A stretch of DNA of 64,000 nucleotides, taken from assembly GCA_036732685.1 (NCBI GenBank), contig DAINBY010000014.1:2704-66703 (forward strand), written 5' to 3'. Every line of letters begins with the position of its first letter. Position 1 is the first letter of the stretch. Positions 1 through 8,564 of the stretch are shown in pieces. The stretch comes from Candidatus Cybelea sp. GTDB lineage: Bacteria > Vulcanimicrobiota > Vulcanimicrobiia > Vulcanimicrobiales > Vulcanimicrobiaceae. The notes beneath the pieces were generated by a model. It did not search any database and was not told the origin of the DNA. It worked only from the letters and a program-made list of their open reading frames with translations. The position numbers and the translations under genes were made by a program.

Positions 1-767
1 CACGCGCCGATCGGATCGACCTCGGCACGATTGCTCTTCACCGCAACCTTCGATCGGCTTCCGGGATCCCGCGCGATCGCCATGATCTCAACGGTGCCGT
101 CGGCGATCTCCGGAACTTCCATCTCGAGCAATCGCTGCACCAAACCTTCGGCCGCGCGCGAGAGGATTACCTGCGGTCCCTTCGGAGACTTCTTGACGTC
201 GAGCACGTAGGCGCGAATGAAATCGTTGATGCGATAGGCCTCGCCCGGAACTTGCTCGTCGAGATACATGACGGCTTCGTCGCGCCCCTCGAGCGTCACG
301 TACATGTTGCGCTGCTCGTAGCGTTGTACCGTCCCCGTAACGAGGTCGTTGAGCTTGCGTACGTACTTATTGTAGACCGTGTCCCGCTCGGCTTCCCGAA
401 TGCGCTGCACGATGACTTGCTTGGCGGTCTGCGCGGCGATTCGCCCGAAGTCTTTCGGCGTCACCTCTTGATCGAAGTAATCCCCGATCTGATAAGGCCC
501 GCCGGCCTCTCCGACGGAAATCTCGAGTTTCGGATCTTGGACTTCCTCGACCACGGCGCGCCGGTGAAAAACGCGGTAGGCGCCGCTCTGCCGGTCGACG
601 ATCACGATCGCATTCGACTCGCTTCCGAAATGGCGTTTGTACGCGGTGAGCAACGCCGCTTCCAGCGCCTCGAGCAGCATCTCGAACGAGATGTTGCGCT
701 CCCTCGCAATGTATTGGAGGACATCGATGAGCTTCTCTTCAGTCGCCGCGTTTTCGATCGTTGCCAT
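1..767 (-). CDS. nusA: Transcription termination/antitermination factor NusA (N-terminal part; gene runs off the window edge)
   Basis: Absent from the ORF track because it is truncated by the edge. My minus-strand translation from the ATG at 765-767 gives MATIENAATEEKLIDVLQYIARERNISFEMLLEALEAALLTAYK..., a typical NusA N-terminal domain. It lies directly downstream of rimP, as in the conserved rimP-nusA operon. Confidence 0.88.
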   Translation of the reverse strand, partial: MATIENAATEEKLIDVLQYIARERNISFEMLLEALEAALLTAYKRHFGSESNAIVIVDRQSGAYRVFHRRAVVEEVQDPKLEISVGEAGGPYQIGDYFDQEVTPKDFGRIAAQTAKQVIVQRIREAERDTVYNKYVRKLNDLVTGTVQRYEQRNMYVTLEGRDEAVMYLDEQVPGEAYRINDFIRAYVLDVKKSPKGPQVILSRAAEGLVQRLLEMEVPEIADGTVEIMAIARDPGSRSKVAVKSNRAEVDPIGA

Positions 768-1284
768 GTCTCTGTTTCCGTTCTAGTTTATCTCGCGTAA
801 GATCCGCCCGCGGATCGTATTCCAAATTTGCCGACTTGATCGCTGCCATCGGGAGCAGCAGCTCGCCGCGCTCGGTCTCTACGACGACCGTCTCGCCGCG
901 CAAGCCGCGGAGAAGTCCGCGATGCGTCTTACCCCCGTCGACCGTAAGCGACGTCACGACTCGGACGCGCTCGCCGGCGAAACGCCGGTAATCCTCCGGT
1001 CGCACGAGCGGGCGCTCCAGTCCCGCCGACTCTACTTCGAGAGTGAACGCGGCGTCGAGGCTGCCGAGCGTTTCGTTCAGCCGCGCGGCCACACGCTCGC
1101 AGAGTGCGAGATCGACGCCGCCCCGACGATCGATCGTCACGGTTAGCGCAATCGTGCCACGCACCGGATGGGCACGACGCGCCACGATCTCGATCTCCGA
1201 GAAGGTTGGATCGTGCGCGATCGCGTCGAGCTCGCGCTCGAACGCTGCCGTCACCGACGCACCACCCCGGGAGACGCTTCTCAT
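739..1284 (-). CDS. rimP: Ribosome maturation factor RimP
   Basis: 181-aa ORF. The core ...FTLEVESAGLERPLVRPEDYRRFAGERVRV... matches the RimP 'EVSSPG.DRPL' signature. It sits immediately upstream of nusA and overlaps it by 29 nt. Confidence 0.8.
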   Translation of the reverse strand: MRSVSRGGASVTAAFERELDAIAHDPTFSEIEIVARRAHPVRGTIALTVTIDRRGGVDLALCERVAARLNETLGSLDAAFTLEVESAGLERPLVRPEDYRRFAGERVRVVTSLTVDGGKTHRGLLRGLRGETVVVETERGELLLPMAAIKSANLEYDPRADLTRDKLERKQRHGNDRKRGD

Positions 1285-1633
1285 GAATCCGTTCGCCTGC
1301 TCTCTGAAGCAGCGAAGCGCGGGACGAACCCACGCTCCTTAAGAAACCATCGTCAAGGATACCGAAAATTGCGACGGGCCGCAACCCCACGTGGGCGCGA
1401 CCCCTCGCTCTTTGTTCCTATTTTGCGATCGGCGCGCCGCCGGAAAATCGTCCGGCTGCCGTAGGCGCGCATTAGGCGCCTGCTATTCGGTGCGTCCTCG
1501 CGGGCCTACGTGGCCCGGCGGATTTTGCGGTTCCAACCGCCCTCCTTCGTTTTTGACGAAGCGTGCCGGCCTTTCCGGCACAATGGAATTCTAGTGCGAC
1601 TAATGTCGAAATTCAAGCGGGAAACGCATCAGT

Positions 1634-3055
1634 TCACGGCGACGAGACGGGCGACGGTGCGAACGGTACGAGCCGCCTCCCGTCGCACGGCTGGGAAACC
1701 ATCCCGTCGACGATCGGCGCGATGCCCGCGTCGAAGGGGCCGAGCGGCGGGGCGGCTCCGCCGCCGCCGCCAATCGCAATCTGCGTGCCGTTCGCGGGCC
1801 CCGCGTGGACGTTGCTCTGCACGTTGCTCACGCCGGCCGATGCGTCGGCATATCCGCCACGTTCGGCTTGTGGATAACGAACGAGCCATCCCGTACAGAT
1901 CGTCGTTGGCCCGGCTTTGCGCGAGGCGACGACCCACATTTTGACGCGCTCCTCGTTGCCCGTACCGCGCACCTCGTAAATGTACTTCGTCTTGGCGAGC
2001 ACATCGGGCGGCGGCGTCGGTTCGAGCCGGCCGCTTAGCGAGAGGTTCGGCGTGTACGACTTGCTCGACGGATTCACCGGATTGTGCGGAAGCAGCGACC
2101 GCAGCTTGGCGTTGATGTTCGGCGCGCTTCGCGACTTTGGTGCGGCCGTTATCGCAGGGGCAGGCTGCGGCGTTGGTTGGATCTCGATCGGACGTTCCGC
2201 CGACGGCGCCTTCTTCGGTGCGTTCCCGGCTCGGGGTCCCGGGGATGGTCCGCCGCTCGGTCCGGGAACCGGTGCGGTGCCGGCCGTCTTGGCGACCGCC
2301 GCCGCCGTACTCGTCGGGCTTGGATTCGGAACGCCGGATCTCGGCGCCGGCGCCGGCGAGGCACGCGCCGCCGGCGCGGGACTCGCACTCGGTGCGGCGC
2401 TTGCGCGGGCGAGCGCTGCGGCCGTCGGCGAGGCGCGCGGCAGCACCGGGGCGGGCGTTGAAGCCCGCGCCGTCTCACGGGCGACCGGTGCGGGCGGCTT
2501 CGGAGATGGGCGCGCCGACGGCGCGCTCGTCGGGACGGGGGAAGGGGCCGCGCTCGGCGGCGCCTTTAACGCGACCGCAACCGGCCCGACCGTCGGAACG
2601 GTTATCGGCGCGGCCGGAATCTCGGTGTTCGGCTGCGTTTCGAAGATGTTCTGAGTCGGTTGCGGATTCGGTTGCGGCGTCTGCTGCGGGATGGGACGCG
2701 GGTTCGGCGGCGCGGTCGGCGCGATCTTGGCAAGCTCGTGACGATTGACGGGCATCCGTTGCGTCTGCGGTTGCGCCAAGGCAGCGTGACGAAGCGGAGC
2801 GACGACGTTAACGTGAGGCACGGGCGCTACGGCTCGGACCGCTGCCGGTTGATTCGCAACGACGACCGGAGACGTGCGCTCGATCGTGACGACCTCGCCG
2901 CCCTGGACGCTCTCGGTCGCGCCTTGTTGCGACGAGCTGGTGAGCACGGAGAAGAGCAGCGCAGCTAGCAACGCATGCAGGAAGAGCGAGGCGAGGAAGC
3001 TCGCCGTCAGCCGTTCCGGATAACGGCGGTCTCGCGGATCGCGCTCGAAATTCAC
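1634..3055 (-). CDS. Membrane-anchored Pro/Ala-rich protein with a TonB-like N-terminal anchor and an unrecognised C-terminal domain
   Basis: GTG start at 3055. N-terminal helix SFLASLFLHALLAALLF carries the His typical of TonB anchors. A Pro/Ala-rich spacer of about 250 aa follows, then about 130 aa (KYIYEVRGTGNEERVKMWVVASRK...) that does not look like TonB_C. GC3-rich codons support coding. Confidence 0.6.
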   Translation of the reverse strand: MNFERDPRDRRYPERLTASFLASLFLHALLAALLFSVLTSSSQQGATESVQGGEVVTIERTSPVVVANQPAAVRAVAPVPHVNVVAPLRHAALAQPQTQRMPVNRHELAKIAPTAPPNPRPIPQQTPQPNPQPTQNIFETQPNTEIPAAPITVPTVGPVAVALKAPPSAAPSPVPTSAPSARPSPKPPAPVARETARASTPAPVLPRASPTAAALARASAAPSASPAPAARASPAPAPRSGVPNPSPTSTAAAVAKTAGTAPVPGPSGGPSPGPRAGNAPKKAPSAERPIEIQPTPQPAPAITAAPKSRSAPNINAKLRSLLPHNPVNPSSKSYTPNLSLSGRLEPTPPPDVLAKTKYIYEVRGTGNEERVKMWVVASRKAGPTTICTGWLVRYPQAERGGYADASAGVSNVQSNVHAGPANGTQIAIGGGGGAAPPLGPFDAGIAPIVDGMVSQPCDGRRLVPFAPSPVSSP

Positions 3056-3124
3056 GAGAACGCTTAAGTGCGCTTAACGTAACGCAGGAGCCTGCCGTCT
3101 TCGGCGCCCAAGGCCACTTGAGTA

Positions 3125-4558
3125 ATGGAACCAATCCTGCAAAAACGCACGAAGATCGTCGCAACCGTCGGGCCGGCGACGCGCGATCCTGCAATCCTGC
3201 GGTCGCTCTTTGTTTCCGGCGCCAACGTGCTGCGGTTGAACTTCTCACACGGCACGCTCGAGGAGCACGCAGCAGTAATCGAATCGGCGCGCGCGATATC
3301 GGCCGAGCTCGGGATACACACCGCGCTCTTACAAGACTTGCCGGGCCCCAAGGTGCGCACCGGTCCACTCGCGGACGGCGTCGCATCGGTGCGGCTGGAG
3401 CGCGGCGAGCGCTTCATCATCACCTCCGAGAACGTGGCGGGAACCGCGCAGCGGGTCGGCACCACCTACCGCGATCTGCCGGCGGACGTCGCGATCGGCA
3501 AACGGCTCTATCTTCAAGATGGAGCGATCGCGCTGCTCGTCGTTGGAAAGAGCGCCACGGAGATCGAGACGACCGTCGAATTCGGCGGCGATCTGCGTGG
3601 GGCCGTCGGCATAAACTATCCGGATGGGTCGTTGAACATCGCATCGGTCACGCCCAAGGATTTCGAGTACCTCGAATTCGGACTCGAGCACGGTGTCGAT
3701 TACGTCGCCCTCTCGTTCGTGCGTTCGGCCGAAGACGTCGAACGCGCAAAGGCCTTTATCGCGGAGCGAAGCCGACGCGTGCCGGTCATTGCAAAGATCG
3801 AAAAGCACGAGGCGCTCGCCGAGCTCGATTCGATCATCGCCGCCGCCGACGGAATCATGGTCGCGCGCGGCGATCTCGGAATCGAGGTTCCGATCGAGAC
3901 CGTTCCGATCATACAAAAGGAGATCATCGCGAAGAGCAATCGCGCGAGCAAACCGGTCGTCACCGCAACGCAGATGCTCGAGTCGATGATTACGTCGCCG
4001 CGTCCGACGCGCGCCGAGGCGACCGACGTCGCGAACGCCATTCTCGACGGCACCGATGCCGTGATGCTCTCCGCGGAGACGGCGATCGGCGCTTATCCAA
4101 CCGAAGCCGTTCGGACGATGGCCGAGATCGCCCGCCAGATCGAGCAGCACTATCCCCACGCTTCCCTGCGCGACCGGCGTTTGGAGAACATCGAGCCGAC
4201 GATCGCTTCGTCGATCGCCGAAGCCGCGACGCGCGCGAGCGCCGAACTGAAGATTCCTTTTATCGTTACCGGAACGACGACCGGAAACACGGCACATCAC
4301 ATCGCGGCATTTCGTCCGCGGGCGCGGATCGTGGCGCTAACGCCCGAACCACGAGTCGCGCGCCGGTTGGCGCTGCTCTGGGGAACCGAAGCCCTGCTCA
4401 TCGACACCTACGCGTCGATCGACGTTTTGCTCTACATGACCGAACGCCATATGGTGCGCGAAGGTCTGGTGACCTCCGGCGACTTGATCGCCTTTACGAC
4501 CGGCATGCCGGTCGGATCGGGCGGTACGAACGTCCTCAAGATCCATCCGATCCCTTAG
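3125..4558 (+). CDS. pyk: Pyruvate kinase
   Basis: 477 aa. KRTKIVATVGPAT...ANVLRLNFSHG...LQDLPGPKVRTG and MVARGDLGIEVP are classic pyruvate kinase motifs. Confidence 0.95.
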   Translation: MEPILQKRTKIVATVGPATRDPAILRSLFVSGANVLRLNFSHGTLEEHAAVIESARAISAELGIHTALLQDLPGPKVRTGPLADGVASVRLERGERFIITSENVAGTAQRVGTTYRDLPADVAIGKRLYLQDGAIALLVVGKSATEIETTVEFGGDLRGAVGINYPDGSLNIASVTPKDFEYLEFGLEHGVDYVALSFVRSAEDVERAKAFIAERSRRVPVIAKIEKHEALAELDSIIAAADGIMVARGDLGIEVPIETVPIIQKEIIAKSNRASKPVVTATQMLESMITSPRPTRAEATDVANAILDGTDAVMLSAETAIGAYPTEAVRTMAEIARQIEQHYPHASLRDRRLENIEPTIASSIAEAATRASAELKIPFIVTGTTTGNTAHHIAAFRPRARIVALTPEPRVARRLALLWGTEALLIDTYASIDVLLYMTERHMVREGLVTSGDLIAFTTGMPVGSGGTNVLKIHPIP

Positions 4559-6224
4559 CGGCGCTCGCAAGCAACACGCGCGCGTGACGAATCGCCGCGT
4601 CGTGCGATTCTCCCGAGAGCATGCGCGCGATCTCCGCCTCGCGATCCTTGCGGCCGTCGATCGGGCGCACGGCGATGCTCGTCTCCTTCTTCGCTTCGAT
4701 CTTATCGAGCACGTAATGGCGGTCGCCCCAGGTCGCGAGCTGCGCGAGGTGGGTGACGCAGACGACCTGTCCGCGACGGGCCAGCTCACCGATCCGCGCG
4801 CCGACGGCCGTCGCAGTCGTGCCGCCGATTCCGGCGTCGATCTCGTCGAAGACGAGGGCGCCGCGCTCGTCTAGCGCGCCGGCAAGCACGACGACGAGCG
4901 CGAGCAGCACGCGCGAAAGCTCGCCGCCCGATGCGACGCGCGCGAGCGGGCGCGCCGCTTCGCCGGCGTTGGCCGAAAAGAGAAACTCGACGCGCTCTGC
5001 GCCGTGGGCGCTAATGCGGTCGAGTCGTTCGATCGCGACGTGGAAGCCTCCGGAGCCGAGTGCGATCTCGGCGAACTCGGCGAGGATTCGCTTACGCAGG
5101 GTTACCGCGGCCCGGGTGCGCAGCGCGGTCAGCGAAGTGGCGGCTTCGCGCAACTCGCGATTCGCCGATTCCACCTCCGCTTCGAGCGCCGCGGTGCGCC
5201 GATCGCGACCTTCATATTCGTCGACCGCGAGGCGCGCCGCGCGTCCGGCCGCGGCGATCTCCTCGATCGTTCCGCCGTACTTGCGTTTCAATCGCTCGAT
5301 CAGATCGAGGCGCGTGTTGATCGCGTCGAGTTCAGCCGGATCGTATTCCGCACCGTCGAGCGCACGCCCTACGTCGGCAGCGAGCTCGACGGCCTCCGAT
5401 TGCAGCGCCGACGCTCGTTGGGCCATCTCGTGCAGCGCCTCATCGAAGCGTTCCACGCCCCCGAGTGCGCCGGCCGCCGCTCCGAGCGCGCTCGTTACGC
5501 CTCGCTCTTCGGCGGCGAGCGCTTCCCGCGCCGCGTGCAACGCCGTCGCAATGCGCTCCACGTTATCGAGATAGCTGCGCCGCTCCGTCAGCCGTTCGCT
5601 TTCGCCGCTCTCGAGCCGGGCCGAATCGATCTCGCGCACTGCGAACGCGGCGTCGTCGTAGCGCTCGCGTTCGCGGCGTTCGTCACGCGTTAAACGCGAG
5701 AGCGCCTCGGCCGCGGCTTGCGCTCGCGCGTACGCGCCGGCGACCCGCTCGCGAAGTCCGAGCGCCGGTCCGCCGGCGAATCGGTCGAGCAACTCGAGGT
5801 GATAGGCAGGCGCGAGCAGCCGCTGCGCCTCGTGCTGTCCGACGATCTCGGCGATCGCATCGCGGATCTCGCGAACGTATGCAGCCGTCGACGCGCGGCC
5901 GTTCACGCGCAGCGTCGAGCGTCCCGTCTCGGTCATCTCGCGCGCGACCGTCGCCGCCTCGCCGGGATCGAGTTCGAACCCGTCGGCTGCGAAGCGCTCG
6001 CGCATGGCATCGTCGGCATCGAATACGAGCGTGACGAGCGCGCGACGAGCGCCGCGCCGTACGACGTCGGCGCTCGCGCGCGCCCCCAGCGCAAAATCGA
6101 GCGCGCCGATCAGCATCGTCTTGCCCGAGCCGGTCTCGCCGGTAAAGATCGTTGCGCCGCCGGCAAACTCGACCTCGGCGCGCTCGATCAGACCGTAGCT
6201 TTCGATCAGGAGCTGCCGCAACAT
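4536..6224 (-). CDS. recN: DNA repair protein RecN
   Basis: 562 aa. N-terminal Walker A FTGETGSGKTMLIGAL, a long coiled-coil middle and a C-terminal SGGELSRVLLAL...LVFDEIDAGIGG (SMC-type signature/Walker B). The 3' end overlaps convergent pyk by 23 nt. Confidence 0.95.
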   Translation of the reverse strand: MLRQLLIESYGLIERAEVEFAGGATIFTGETGSGKTMLIGALDFALGARASADVVRRGARRALVTLVFDADDAMRERFAADGFELDPGEAATVAREMTETGRSTLRVNGRASTAAYVREIRDAIAEIVGQHEAQRLLAPAYHLELLDRFAGGPALGLRERVAGAYARAQAAAEALSRLTRDERRERERYDDAAFAVREIDSARLESGESERLTERRSYLDNVERIATALHAAREALAAEERGVTSALGAAAGALGGVERFDEALHEMAQRASALQSEAVELAADVGRALDGAEYDPAELDAINTRLDLIERLKRKYGGTIEEIAAAGRAARLAVDEYEGRDRRTAALEAEVESANRELREAATSLTALRTRAAVTLRKRILAEFAEIALGSGGFHVAIERLDRISAHGAERVEFLFSANAGEAARPLARVASGGELSRVLLALVVVLAGALDERGALVFDEIDAGIGGTTATAVGARIGELARRGQVVCVTHLAQLATWGDRHYVLDKIEAKKETSIAVRPIDGRKDREAEIARMLSGESHDAAIRHARVLLASAAKGSDGS

Positions 6225-6239
6225 CCTCTACCAACGATC

Positions 6240-7076
6240 TTAACGACGAGGATCCTTAATAGAAACACCCCAGAGCATCTTTGCTTCGAGCCGCTCGAGA
6301 AAATGCAGCGGCGCGGTCCGCGCGAAGCGGACGCGTTTCGGATGGCACCGGATGACGACGCTGGAGCTCGGCGCGACCTCGCTCACCACGTCGCCGTCGC
6401 ACTCTAGGTGCGCTTGAGCAGCCTCCAGATCCGAGGTAATCTCGATGGGCGATTGCATCGGCACGATCAGCGGGCGCGAGAAGAGCGTATGCGGCAGGAG
6501 CGGCACGACTCCGAAAGCCGCGACCGACGGTGCGATCAGCGAGCCGCCCGCCGATAGAAAGTACGCAGTCGACCCGGTCGGGGTCGCGACGCAGATCCCG
6601 TCCGCCGCGATTTGCGTCGAGGCGCCGTCGTCGACGCGCAGCCCGAACGGCACGAGCCGCGAGACCTCGCCCTTTCGCACCACGACGTCGTTGAGCGCGA
6701 AGAACCGCCGCTCGCCGTACTCGGCCTGGAGCGCAGTGCGCTCGTCGATGACCAGCCCGCGTGAGACGATCGCGGGAAGATCGGCGAGCCGCGGATCGTC
6801 CTCGTCGAGCTCGGTCAGGAAACCGAGCCGCCCGGTGTTGATCCCGAGCAGCGGAATGTCGTACTCGACGGCGATGCGCGCGGCGCGCAGCAGCGTGCCG
6901 TCGCCGCCCACCGTGACGATCAATGCCGCGTTGGCCACGGCGGATCGGTCGACGACGTCGAATCCGTTTGCACGAAAGTCGGTCGCGATCCGCGTCGCGA
7001 TCGTGCGCGCGTGCTCCCGCTCGGTATCGACGTGGAGTGCGATGACCTTCTTTTCGATGGCGAGCATCGTCGTCAT
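6240..7076 (-). CDS. nadK: NAD(+) kinase
   Basis: Internal ATG at 7076 (MTTMLAIEKK...) of the 445-aa track ORF. Motifs: IVTVGGDGTLLRAAR and GINTGRLGFLTE. The Arg-rich sequence upstream is read-through in the tlyA region. ATGA overlap with the tlyA stop. Confidence 0.9.
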   Translation of the reverse strand: MTTMLAIEKKVIALHVDTEREHARTIATRIATDFRANGFDVVDRSAVANAALIVTVGGDGTLLRAARIAVEYDIPLLGINTGRLGFLTELDEDDPRLADLPAIVSRGLVIDERTALQAEYGERRFFALNDVVVRKGEVSRLVPFGLRVDDGASTQIAADGICVATPTGSTAYFLSAGGSLIAPSVAAFGVVPLLPHTLFSRPLIVPMQSPIEITSDLEAAQAHLECDGDVVSEVAPSSSVVIRCHPKRVRFARTAPLHFLERLEAKMLWGVSIKDPRR

Positions 7077-7855
7077 GGAAGGGTCCCTTCGCCGAGGACC
7101 GCTTCGAGTCGTGCGTCGTCGAACGCCTCCCCCGACCGGCGCAGCTCCAACAGGAACTCGCGGTTGCCGGCCGGCCCGGTCAGCGGCGATTCGATCAAGG
7201 CGACGGGTACGAGCCCCAGCGGCGCCGCGGCCTCGCGTAGGGCGCGCAGAACGTCGCGGTGCGTGCCTCGATCGCGGACGACGCCGCCCGCGCCGACTCG
7301 TTCGCGGCCGGCCTCGAACTGCGGCTTGACGAGCGCGACGACGACGCCACGGGGCCGCAGGTATCCAACCGCGCGCGCCAGGATCGTTCGCAGCGAGATG
7401 AACGACGTGTCGATCGTTATCACGTCGAAGCCGTTCGGAAACGAGTCGTCGGCGAGCCGGCGAAAGTTGACCCGTTCCATGACGACGACGCGCGGATCGT
7501 TGCGCAACCGCCAGTCGAGCTGCCCGTAGCCGACGTCGACCGCGGTCACACGTGCGGCGCCGCGCTGCAGCAAGCAATCGGTGAAGCCGCCAGTCGAGGC
7601 GCCGGCGTCGAGCGCTTCGACTCCGCCGACGTCGATTGCAAAGGCCTCCAGCGCGTGTTCGAGTTTTTCGCCGCCGCGGCTGACGAAACGCCGGGGACGT
7701 TCGAGCTCGATGCGCGCATCGGCGGCAACGCTCTGCCCGGCCTTCGCGGCAACGACGCCTTCGACGCGAACGCGCCCTTCCATAATGAGGCTGCGCGCTT
7801 GCGAGCGAGTGATACCTTCGCGGTCGGCGACGGCCTCATCGAGCCGAATTCTCAC
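7073..7855 (-). CDS. tlyA: TlyA-family rRNA 2'-O-methyltransferase (S4 + FtsJ domains)
   Basis: GTG at 7855 gives VRIRLDEAVADREGITRSQARSLIMEGRVRVEG (S4 domain). This is followed by VSRGGEKLEHAL...LDAGASTGGFTDCLLQRGA (SAM-binding motif). The start was chosen by homology to the TlyA N-terminus. Confidence 0.85.
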   Translation of the reverse strand: MRIRLDEAVADREGITRSQARSLIMEGRVRVEGVVAAKAGQSVAADARIELERPRRFVSRGGEKLEHALEAFAIDVGGVEALDAGASTGGFTDCLLQRGAARVTAVDVGYGQLDWRLRNDPRVVVMERVNFRRLADDSFPNGFDVITIDTSFISLRTILARAVGYLRPRGVVVALVKPQFEAGRERVGAGGVVRDRGTHRDVLRALREAAAPLGLVPVALIESPLTGPAGNREFLLELRRSGEAFDDARLEAVLGEGTLP

Positions 7856-7966
7856 GCCGCTTCGATTCCCAGAACGGCGCCGCAGACCTGGCTCGACCGT
7901 CACGGGGAGCGTTGCGAGCGCGCTATAAGGGTGTTCGATGAAATTTCCGACCTTTTGGCGGCAAAG

Positions 7967-8272
7967 ATGAGCGTCGCGCCGGTTCTTGCAGCACTCGGCG
8001 AGGAATCGCGTCTGCAAATCGTCCGAAGACTCTGCGAGAGCGGACCGCTATCGATTACCAAGCTTACCAAAGGCGCGGAAATCTCGCGTCAAGCCGTCAC
8101 GAAGCACTTGCTCGCGCTCGACCGGGCGGGGCTGGTGCGCAGCGAGCGCCACGGCCGTCAGCGGATTTGGGAACTCGAGCCGAAGCGCCTCGACGAAGTG
8201 CGCCGCTACTTAACGCAAATCTCTAAGCAGTGGGACGACGCGCTCAGCCGCCTGAAGGCGGTCGAGGAGTAG
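7967..8272 (+). CDS. ArsR/SmtB-family transcriptional regulator
   Basis: ATG at 7967: MSVAPVLAALGEESRLQIVRRLCESGPLSITKLTKGAEISRQAVTKHLLALDRAGLV, a winged-HTH ArsR pattern. It is the only plus-strand gene between two minus-strand arrays. Confidence 0.8.
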   Translation: MSVAPVLAALGEESRLQIVRRLCESGPLSITKLTKGAEISRQAVTKHLLALDRAGLVRSERHGRQRIWELEPKRLDEVRRYLTQISKQWDDALSRLKAVEE

Positions 8273-8306
8273 CGAACGATCTCACGGCGCGAGAGCGGCC
8301 GGAAGT

Positions 8307-8564
8307 TCAGAACGGGATCTGGTCGTCGAGCTCGTCGCTCTTCGCGCGCTCGCCTTTACTGCGCGGTTGCGGCTCGACCATTGCGTCATCAATCTGACCC
8401 TGCGCGGTTTTGAGCAAGGCGTCACACTCGCGCGCGAGTGCCTTCCCTTCTTTGAACAGCTCGGTCGCGCGCTGCAGCTCGACGGTGCCGCCCTCGAGCT
8501 CCTTGACGATCGCATCGATGCGCGCGAGCTTCTGCTCGAAGGTCTGCGGTAGACGATCGCTCAT
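8307..8564 (-). CDS. xseB: Exodeoxyribonuclease VII small subunit
   Basis: 85 aa from the ATG at 8564: MSDRLPQTFEQKLARIDAIVKELEGGTVELQRATELFKEGKALARECDALL, the XseB pattern. ATGA overlap with the xseA stop. Confidence 0.85.
   Translation of the reverse strand: MSDRLPQTFEQKLARIDAIVKELEGGTVELQRATELFKEGKALARECDALLKTAQGQIDDAMVEPQPRSKGERAKSDELDDQIPF

Noticed and set aside
1285-1633. A tRNA, small RNA or terminator in the 349-nt gap between the Pro-rich protein gene and rimP. The gap includes the hairpin GTGCCGG-CCTTT-CCGGCAC at 1564-1582 and the palindrome CCCACGTGGG.
   Set aside because: No cloverleaf could be folded. The hairpin lacks a proper U-tract on the transcribed (minus) strand. Short GC palindromes are expected by chance in DNA this GC-rich. 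The region is probably the rimP-nusA promoter/leader.
3118-4587. 489-aa Arg-rich ORF in an alternative frame of pyk. Many similar long Arg/Ala/Pro-rich ORFs lie opposite or out of frame to real genes (for example 2137-2748, 8307-9155 upstream part, 18068-18922 upstream part, 48328-49200, 48351-49259, 57057-57980).
   Set aside because: These are typical shadow ORFs of high-GC DNA. They have extreme Arg/Ala/Pro composition and no motifs, and each overlaps a gene with clear family signatures in another frame.
6240-7577. Long N-terminal extensions that the ORF track suggests for nadK (to 7577), the TPR protein (to 23917), hpt (to 40078), the thioesterase (to 41767), hisC (to 43489), moeA (to 44505), the DUF2079 protein (to 33820) and the secreted protein at 47074 (to 48399).
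   Set aside because: The extensions are Arg-rich, overlap the upstream gene, and end exactly where an internal ATG/GTG forms a 4-nt overlap with the upstream stop. Homology begins at the internal start.
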